DNA of 64,000 nucleotides from Octopus sinensis. Lineage: Eukaryota. The stretch covers positions 1-64,000 of the forward strand of contig NW_021833120.1 in assembly GCF_006345805.1 (NCBI RefSeq), read 5' to 3'. This document shows positions 54,198 through 64,000 of this stretch, in pieces. The translations under genes and the position numbers were made by a program. A model generated the notes under the pieces. It made no database searches, was not told the DNA's origin, and was given only the letters and a program-made list of their open reading frames with translations. Numbering within the stretch: position 1 is the first letter of the stretch; each line of letters opens with the position of its first letter.

Positions 54198-55002
54198 GCG
54201 TGTGTGTAACTGCGTGTGTGTTATAATTAAAATGTTTATGAATGAACATTGAAAACTAATTTGTCATACATAAAAGCAGAGACTACGACAACGTCCACTC
54301 ATTGTGTGTTTCAGGCAAGACGTTGACCGCAAGGACCTTTAACTCTAAGAGCTTACGGTGGGTTCATATTGCCACCGCTTCGTCCAGTTGTATGAATGAT
54401 ATCCTCAAAATGCAAATCTCAGGTATGCTCATGAGATTACGAATTTCGCTTCCCATCAAATACTATCAGGTTCGATTCTGCTGCATGGCGCAGTGGTCAT
54501 GGGTTTATGAATTCCTTCACAACTTCAAATTAAACCACTTTCTGTGAGGAAATTTGTTGTCTGGATCTGTGATTGCTCGGATGGTTATGCAACTAATCCT
54601 GTTTCTCAGTATTAGATCTAATATGCCTCCAGGTGTGATGCTTCCTCCTGGACCTTCGGTTGCCTCTAGCTGAGTCCACTCCATTAGGAGGGTTTGGGGA
54701 AAGTTTCTGGCTTATGGTGAACTTGAAACTTTGGTGCACTGCAGTTCCTTCTATATGAACCCATGTATAGCAGATTCTCATTCTATTTCTGCCCACCAAT
54801 CTTCAAAGAATTTTAAAGAATTTTTGACTAAGTAACAACATAGTCAAAAATAGCTAACTAAAAGGAATAAAAAAATCTAATATAACAGTAAAAGTGCGGA
54901 ATTGAGGAGTTGGGAATTAAATGTTTTCAATGATGGCAATTTTACAGCAAATAAGAGGGGCTAGAAGCAGTGATACTCCCCTAGTTTATCCATACATTAA
55001 AT

Positions 55003-55241
55003 CAGTGGTCCTCAATCGAGATCCATATGACCCTTAAGGGTCCATTTAAGAGTTTGTTATTAAATCGCTTATATTTCTACATTACACAAAATAGTTTAAA
55101 ACTTTTTCATACAATTCCGAATAGTATTTCATTATAAAGGCATCAGAAGATTGTTTTAAACATCGAATGGCGTTGGACGTCCAGTGGAATAAAGCAGGAA
55201 ATAAAAACGGTCCGCAGACAAAAAATGGTTGAGAAAGACAG
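55003..55241. mobile_element. hAT-type MITE
   Basis: Termini CAGTGGTCCTCAATC...GGTTGAGAAAGACAG, a degenerate CAGTGGTTCTCAACC-type TIR. Confidence 0.65.
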
Positions 55242-55704
55242 CACTAAATTTCATCAACTTCTATCAACCATAGTTTCAAGCAAAAATGTTGGTCACCGAA
55301 CCTTTTAGTGGCACAAATGGTGACGTAACTCAAGGCTTGCTAAGCATCCCGCCTTTCATGTATGTACAGGCATTTGAGAGCCATTCTTCCTGTTCGTTTA
55401 ATTTTCATGAAATCATAGCACCAACAACTTATTGAGCATTCTCAGTGATTACATATCTCGCTTAGTTGAAACAACTTGTCAGTAAATTTTGGCTGTGTAA
55501 CAACATAAATACCTTTCTCGGACTTCCTCCTCCTCCTTCCTTCTTTTCTTTCCCTCTGGACTTTTTCTTCTTTCCGACGAAGAGCCATGTTCGAAACATC
55601 ACTCCTATTTTTCTGTCAGAAACTGTAACATATTCACTGTGTACGTCCAATTGACTTTTGCTGCTTTTCCTGTTTCTATTTTTTATTTTTTTTATTTGCT
55701 TATA

Positions 55705-55894
55705 TGTGTGTGTGTGTGTATGTGTGTGTGTGTGTGTGTTTGTGTACAAGTATGTGTGTGTGTATAAGTATATATATATATATACACATACACTCATACA
55801 TACATACATACATACATATAAAATTAGATAAATACACATACACATAGATATACATATATACGTGCATACATGCACACATTCATTCACACACACA

Positions 55895-55928
<34 letters not shown>

Positions 55929-56516
55929 CATACATGCATAAATGCATACATACATACATACATACGTACATACATAAATACATACATACATACACACATA
56001 CATATACATACATACATACTACATACATACATAATACATACATACATACATACATACATACATACATGCGTATATGTCCATGCACATCAGAATACATATA
56101 TTTCAAAATATATGAACATAGTAAATTCATATTTCGATGTTTTATTTTTGTTTTACTATTTTGTACATATTTAAAAAAAAAAATAAGTCACATACTCATA
56201 AGTATACAATATGCGCATTTATGTGTGCGGGTGTATGTGACCAGATGTTTAGTAGTAACCGATATTTAATAAGGCCAATGGCTAGTCAGATCAAAAAATA
56301 AATATATATAAGAAAGAGGAAACAACAAAAAACCCAGCGGATTCTTGGAGGATTCTTCAAGAGCCACACACCAAAAGACAGACACTAACCTAATTTTTAA
56401 TCAGATTCTAAATTTTCAATTTCCTGTATAAGTAATTAATTTAAAAACACGTTTATTATTCATCCGCTTTCACCAATTTCATTTTTTTTTTGCTGCTAAT
56501 ATTATTATTATTATTA

Positions 56517-56568
<52 letters not shown>

Positions 56569-56613
56569 GCTGCTGTTGTTGCAGTGATTGCTGTTACTCT
56601 TATTGTAAATGAA

Positions 56614-56679
<66 letters not shown>

Positions 56680-57022
56680 GCTGTTGTTGCAGTGATTGCT
56701 GTTACTCTTATTGTAACTGATGTGATTGTTGCTGTTGTAGTTGTTATCAATATTATTATGGTTCTCGTTATTCTTCTTCTTACCGTTGTCGTTGTTAATT
56801 GTGATTATTATTTTTGCTGTTGTTGTTGCTGTTGTTATTGTTGTTTGTTTTTGTTAATTTTCTTTATGGTCGTCGACCTGGGTCTTTATTTTTCTTAATT
56901 GTTTTTGATTGATTATGTTGTTGTTGTAATTTTTGATGTCGATGCTGTTTCATTATTTTTCATCTTTGCCAAAATACGAGAAATTAAATCCAATATTTTA
57001 TTTGACTTTCATTAGTTGCTGA

Positions 57023-57067
<45 letters not shown>

Positions 57068-57447
57068 ACACATGCAAGCACAAGTGGTGAGGTGTACACA
57101 CACGAAGCCACTCAAGCACATGCGCAGATGAGCACAAGCACACATGCAAACATACTGATATATGTGTGTCAGGATTTGTGAATTTGTATGCATGTATGAG
57201 TTGGGGAATAATTTACATATGTACGAAAAATATTCATGCATACAAGTGAGCAAATATATATATGTGTGTATATATATATATATATATACATTATGCATAC
57301 ACACACACATATATATATGAATAATTTTATCTATCTATAAACAGACACACCCTCACACACGTGTATATACGAACTCTATTCACGTTACTTAGTATTTATG
57401 TGTGTGTGTATAAGTATTAGGTATATTTGCCTATATGCATGTATGTA

Positions 57448-57505
<58 letters not shown>

Positions 57506-58175
57506 ACTATCTAACTATCTATCTATCTAACTATCTATCTATCTGTCGATACATATATGGATATATACAAATTTACTGTTAACAAAAGTCAGGTTGCGTG
57601 GCGTTCAGTTACAGAATAAATGAAAAATCCATTAAATACTAAAAAACGCATTGGTAGAATGGAGAGCTTCCTTATGCAATTACAATTACACTGAGCTGGC
57701 CATGTCGTCAGAATGAGTGGCGAAAGAATACCCAAAGTCTTCATGTACAGCCAGCTTGAGCGTGGGCACTGGAATGACTGACAAAGAAAGAATAGGTGGC
57801 CGGATTCTCACGTAGAAACTGACGCCAGAGTTCATCATATATATATATATATGCATAACTGTATAATATATCAATAAACTCACTCTTCTCTCGTTCTCTT
57901 CATCTGAGTTGAGTTAACCATGTTTGCCTTCTAATGCAGGATCCCTTTTCTGTCTTTAAGTGCTCCTCCTCCTCCTCAGTGTGTGTGTGTGTGTGTGTGT
58001 ATGTGTGTGTGTGTGTGTGTTTGTGTACAAGTATGTGTGTGTGTATAAGTATATATATATATATACACATACACTCATACATACATACATACATACATAT
58101 AAAATTAGATAAATACACATACACATAGATATACATATATACGTGCATACATGCACACATTCATTCACACACACA

Positions 58176-58209
<34 letters not shown>

Positions 58210-58800
58210 CATACATGCATAAATGCATACATACATACATACATACGTACATACATAAATACATACATACATACACACATACATATACATACATACATAC
58301 ATACATACATACATACATACATACATACATACATACATGCATACATACATACATACATACATACATGCGTATATGTCCATGCACATCAGAATACATATAT
58401 TTCAAAATATATGAACATAGTAAATTCATATTTCGATGTTTTATTTTTGTTTTACTATTTTGTACATATTTAAAAAAAAAAATAAGTCACATACTCATAA
58501 GTATACAAATATGCGCATTTATGTGTGCGGGTGTATGTGACCAGATGTTTAGTAGTAACCGATATTTAATAAGGCCAATGGCTAGTCAGATCAAAAAAAT
58601 AAATATATATAAGAAAGAGGAAACAACAAAAAACCCAGCGGATTCTTGGAGGATTCTTCAAGAGCCACACACCAAAAGACAGACACTAACCTAATTTTTA
58701 ATCAGATTCTAAATTTTCAATTTCCTGTATAAGTAATTAATTTAAAAACACGTTTATTATTCATCCGCTTTCACCAATTTCATTTTTTTTTTGCTGCTAA

Positions 58801-58867
<67 letters not shown>

Positions 58868-58911
58868 GCTGCTGTTGTTGCAGTGATTGCTGTTACTCTT
58901 ATTGTAAATGA

Positions 58912-59010
<99 letters not shown>

Positions 59011-59353
59011 GCTGTTGTTGCAGTGATTGCTGTTACTCTTATTGTAACTGATGTGATTGTTGCTGTTGTAGTTGTTATCAATATTATTATGGTTCTCGTT
59101 ATTCTTCTTCTTACCGTTGTCGTTGTTAATTGTGATTATTATTTTTGCTGTTGTTGTTGCTGTTGTTATTGTTGTTTGTTTTTGTTAATTTTCTTTATGG
59201 TCGTCGACCTGGGTCTTTATTTTTCTTAATTGTTTTTGATTGATTATGTTGTTGTTGTAATTTTTGATGTCGATGCTGTTTCATTATTTTTCATCTTTGC
59301 CAAAATACGAGAAATTAAATCCAATATTTTATTTGACTTTCATTAGTTGCTGA

Positions 59354-59396
<43 letters not shown>

Positions 59397-59778
59397 ACAC
59401 ACACATGCAAGCACAAGTGGTGAGGTGTACACACACGAAGCCACTCAAGCACATGCGCAGATGAGCACAAGCACACATGCAAACATACTGATATATGTGT
59501 GTCAGGATTTGTGAATTTGTATGCATGTATGAGTTGGGGAATAATTTACATATGTACGAAAAATATTCATGCATACAAGTGAGCAAATATATATATGTGT
59601 GTATATATATATATATATACATTATGCATACACACACACATATATATATGAATAATTTTATCTATCTATAAACAGACACACCCTCACACACGTGTATATA
59701 CGAACTCTATTCACGTTACTTAGTATTTATGTGTGTGTGTATAAGTATTAGGTATATTTGCCTATATGCATGTATGTA

Positions 59779-59840
<62 letters not shown>

Positions 59841-60322
59841 ACTATCTAACTATCTAACTATCTATCTATCTAACTATCTATCTATCTGTCGATACATATA
59901 TGGATATATACAAATTTACTGTTAACAAAAGTCAGGTTGCGTGGCGTTCAGTTACAGAATAAATGAAAAATCCATTAAATACTAAAAAACGCATTGGTAG
60001 AATGGAGAGCTTCCTTATGCAATTACAATTACACTGAGCTGGCCATGTCGTCAGAATGAGTGGCGAAAGAATACCCAAAGTCTTCATGTACAGCCAGCTT
60101 GAGCGTGGGCACTGGAATGACTGACAAAGAAAGAATAGGTGGCCGGATTCTCACGTAGAAACTGACGCCAGAGTTCATCATATATATATATATATGCATA
60201 ACTGTATAATATATCAATAAACTCACTCTTCTCTCGTTCTCTTCATCTGAGTTGAGTTAACCATGTTTGCCTTCTAATGCAGGATCCCTTTTCTGTCTTT
60301 AAGTGCTCCTCCTCCTCCTCAG
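55705..60322 (+). repeat. Tandem duplication of ~2.3 kb (55705-57979 / 57980-60322)
   Basis: Copies near-identical apart from microsatellite length and homopolymer indels; breakpoints lie in (TG)n. Confidence 0.95.
57655..57780 (+). mobile_element. RTE-type LINE fragment (duplicated at ~59998-60123)
   Basis: SFLMQLQLH*AGHVVRMSGERIPKVFMYSQLERG matches QLRWAGHVxRM..RIPKxLLYGEL. Confidence 0.8.
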
Positions 60323-61231
60323 TGTGTGTGTGTGTGTGTGTGTGTGCGCGTGTGTGTGTGTGTGTGTGTGTGTGCATGTGTACAGTTAGACCTTCCAGAC
60401 AATGGATTTTCATTATGTTTTCACAATGTACTGGTTCTTTCAAGTTGCAAAATAACAATATTTAGGTACATTGCGTCGTCATGGCATCAGTAATGAGACA
60501 CCAAACGTGCAACTGAGGAATAGCCTATGTAGCATCTAAGACCTTATGACTTCCTAAGGAGCTATTAGTATGATGTGCGTAAATGAGTATGTGCTTATAT
60601 GCTTATGTGTACATGCCATAAGATATTGGAATAATTAAACAAATTGGAAACTATTGAAATAAAGTTAACTGTTTTTAAGGATAACGATAACTTATTTTTG
60701 GTTTTAAATTTTCATAAAATGCTTCTCTTTAATTCTGCTTCCGATGTTACGCTCGCAGTTCGTCAAAAAATAAATGGGAAATATTATCCAGATATCTGCC
60801 GTTTCTATATTGCGGTAGTTGTATGTGTTGTCGATGTATCCGCATCCTCTCTGTCAACTTATTTCCAGTCTTTCGATTAATAATATCTATACAATTTCTG
60901 TTTTTGCTATTATATATTAAATTTTTTCTTTATAAGGCTACATGTTGGTATCGGATATTATTTTTAGTTCACTACTCGTATGAATATATTGACTCATTAC
61001 ATCGACTGTCATTAAACGTATTTCCTATAAATCGTCTGATAGAATGTTGCCCGTGTTAATAACCGTTTTATATAGTTCGGCTGTCATTTGATTTAAGTAA
61101 CAGCTTCCCTAGTGATCAGTTTGTGTAGTTTCGGAATTTGGACAAAGATTGGCTAATTATACATACATACATACATACATACATACATACATACATACAT
61201 ACACACATACATACATACATACATACATACA

Positions 61232-61265
<34 letters not shown>

Positions 61266-62519
61266 CATAGACATATATTTCTGAGATTGTGCGTCTGTGG
61301 AGTGTGTCGGTATCGGGTGTGTGTATGTATGTATATATTGTATACGCATACACGCACGCACGCACACACACTCACACACACACACATATATATCGATCTA
61401 CCCGTAAACCAGTTAGCTAGCCAACCATCCAGTGAAAAGGTGACTAAAACTGAGAAAACAAAACGATAAACACAAAATGTAAAAAACATTTATGGGGTGT
61501 CTTCATCCCTTTCTATCCCGTTCTTCACTCAACCCCTTTTGCTAAAGTCATCGGAAGGATAAAGACCGCATGTCCTTACCGGTCAAAGGAGATGGCAGTC
61601 GAATGATCTTTACAACTCAGATGATAACCATATTTGTTCTACACATATGACAGCAGGTTTTCGATGTAACTCAACAGGTTTGCAATACTTGGACACTGGA
61701 AGGGTGCGTGCAAAACGATTTCGCCGAGCCATACGCATCCCGAACCGGTCCGGCTCAGAGTGTTTCCATGTCTGCAGAGATTTTTCTCGAGCAGATACAG
61801 AACTGCTCTCAGGCAGGCAACACTGCCAAGCTGACTGCCCCAGAGAGATTTCTGGAAATCTTCTACAGGGCCCGGCCTGAAAGTCTTCTGGAACAGAGCA
61901 GCCAGTTAATCATCATAGTCGCACTAAGTTTTTTCTTTTTCTTTGTCGCCAACATGAAAAGTTCATCGATCGCATTAACCGATTGGTAGAGGACAGGGAA
62001 CGCTTAACGAGCGCCATTTCTCGGTCTTTACTTGACCCGAGAATACAACTCGGTCAAAAGAGGAGCTGTGCTTAAACGTATTAGACAATCGACAATCACG
62101 ACAGGTTAGAATCAAAGAATTGCAAGAGATGTCGCAGCCATACTGCATGCTGAAGCATCATCAGTCACAGCACACCCACTGCTCCAGCTAGCAAGGACGT
62201 GTCTCCTTCGCAGGCAGCAATATCACATGCTCACCATTCTAAGTTAGAATTGGAGCCTGCCACGACGGACAGGCAGTCGTGCATGCAATGTAGACATTGG
62301 CCTCCTCCGCCTGAAGTTACAGGATAAATTTCCTCTCGACCTATTTCTGCGTGAAACTGGTCGTCACCCCGCCCCAATTCTTGTCCGGTTACTTGTCTGA
62401 ACCAAACCAAACCAAATGTCGAGCAATGCAATCGCTCGGTCCCTTCTTCTAGCACCACACGTGGCGGTTGGATGGCGTGGATCTTCCTCTTCAAGTGCCG
62501 ATTTGCGGGTCCATAGCCG

Positions 62520-64000
62520 ATAGCTTTATGATCTAACTTAAAAGAGGAGAGATGATTGCTAATTCTTTGCTTAAAATTTATCGTACAGCCTAAATAAAAA
62601 AAATTTACTATTCGAAGTTGTTATAGTACATTTATAGATTACATTATGGACCCCACACCGACCAGATGCCGGACATTTTGACTTAATCCTAAAATTGCAA
62701 CAATGGGGATAATTTTCAGATTTAGAATTGATTAAGGATAGATCTCTCATATTGCTGCTATTCAAATTATTATGAGTATTATTTTCGTTATTATAGGTAA
62801 TACTATTATCTGAAGTTGGGCTACTATTTTTCGGTCCGTTTACACTATCATTTAGATCTACCATAGCGATATCGCAATTACCCACGTTATTGGTATTGTT
62901 GTTATTATTGCTTATATTTCTATCTAAATGCTTATTACCGTTATAGATATAATTATTATCTTCATTACTGATATTATTTCTATTTGTATTGCCCGTATTA
63001 TTATCATTATTATTACTCCTGTTAATATTAGTTATATCATTGCTGTTGGTGCTGCTCTTATTTTGATAATTATTATTAGTGTTATTATTTTTATTTTTAT
63101 TTTTGATACTATTATTATAATTGTTATTGGTATTCATGTTGATATTAGTCTTATTACTCCTGGCTGACTTAATATTTTTATTAATAATTCTAGCTATTAT
63201 AGTGGATATATTTAGGAGGGTTGAGTAAGAAATCCTAACCGTTCTCTTAGAAATTATTCTATGATATCTATGAGAGGCTGGAAAATGTTTTTCTAGTATT
63301 GAATAGAATCTGCCATATATATCCGATAAGATCGCGTAGTTGAAAGGAACATTCAACCATATTATATTTGCTTTATTATATTTTCTTAAATCAGAGTTAG
63401 GGTTAGTTGAATTATTACTGATCCTACGAGAATTATTAATCATATTATTTCTATTTTTATATTTTTTAGATTTATCCAGATTAGTCTTATCAAAGTGAGT
63501 TGTCAACTCTCTTCCATGGAGACATATGAAATTCTAAAGCATAGAAGAGATAAAAAATCTACTAAATAACCGTAGAGAATTAGGTATATGTTGTATTCAC
63601 TCAAAAATCAAAACTCTAAAATATTTAAAATAGAAATAAATAGAAATTTATAGTTTCTCCCACTGGTGTTCTTTCTAACTGTACCTTTTTAATATAAAAA
63701 ATAAATAGTATTTGTACTATGCTAACTTTTAATTGACTTTGTAGTCAATTTAATTAAGCTTACTTAAATCATATAAATAGCTAAACTTTCTTAATTCTAT
63801 TCTAAATTTAATATGTGATACTATTCTCTTAAGGATACGTTTAATTTCGACTATATTTTTGAATAAGTAAAATCCCCCTACTAATTGCTATTGAATTTAT
63901 TTGACCTCTAGATGTCGACCTAAATTATTTCTTACAATATATAAACAAAAGTTAGAATAGAAACAATAATAAATAAATAACCCTCTTTTCTAGTCTTATC
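62520..64000 (-). mobile_element. Penelope-like element remnant (RT-endonuclease linker and start of GIY-YIG); includes ORF 62571..63506
   Basis: IIWLNVPFNY..FYSILEKHFPASHRYHRIISKRTVRISYS..NISTIIARIN; CNFRIKSKCPASGRCGVHNVIYKCTIT..FL; upstream boundary uncertain. Confidence 0.85.

Noticed and set aside
54300-54800. Possible LINE endonuclease relic (GILDLILRN)
   Set aside because: A single short motif amid stops is insufficient evidence.

Overview
Eukaryotic, AT-rich, extremely microsatellite-dense DNA with no recognisable intact host protein-coding gene. The repeat landscape looks like an Octopus (coleoid cephalopod) genome; this is inferred from SINE families and the (TA)n/(CA)n/(TACA)n/(TAGA)n/(ATT)n load. 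Almost all ORF-track entries are translations of simple repeats. Identifiable content: a decayed Mag-type Gypsy LTR element lacking RT/RNaseH (1.2-3.8 kb); many copies of several tRNA-derived SINE families; two Penelope-like (GIY-YIG) remnants; an R4/Dong-like LINE nested in a mariner, with a ~570-bp inverted duplication; CR1- and RTE-type fragments; piggyBac-, hAT- and Helentron-like non-autonomous elements; and a ~2.3-kb tandem duplication. The most notable hidden signal is a set of minimal type-I hammerhead ribozyme motifs with palindromic stem III in several unrelated short repeats. One of them is fully canonical (51516-51560, minus strand) and sits in a ~350-nt unit with terminal direct repeats (retrozyme-like). 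Unique-sequence islands between the microsatellites carry candidate regulatory elements and candidate 6-20-nt microexons, which are speculative. Coordinates were read by eye and TE boundaries are approximate.
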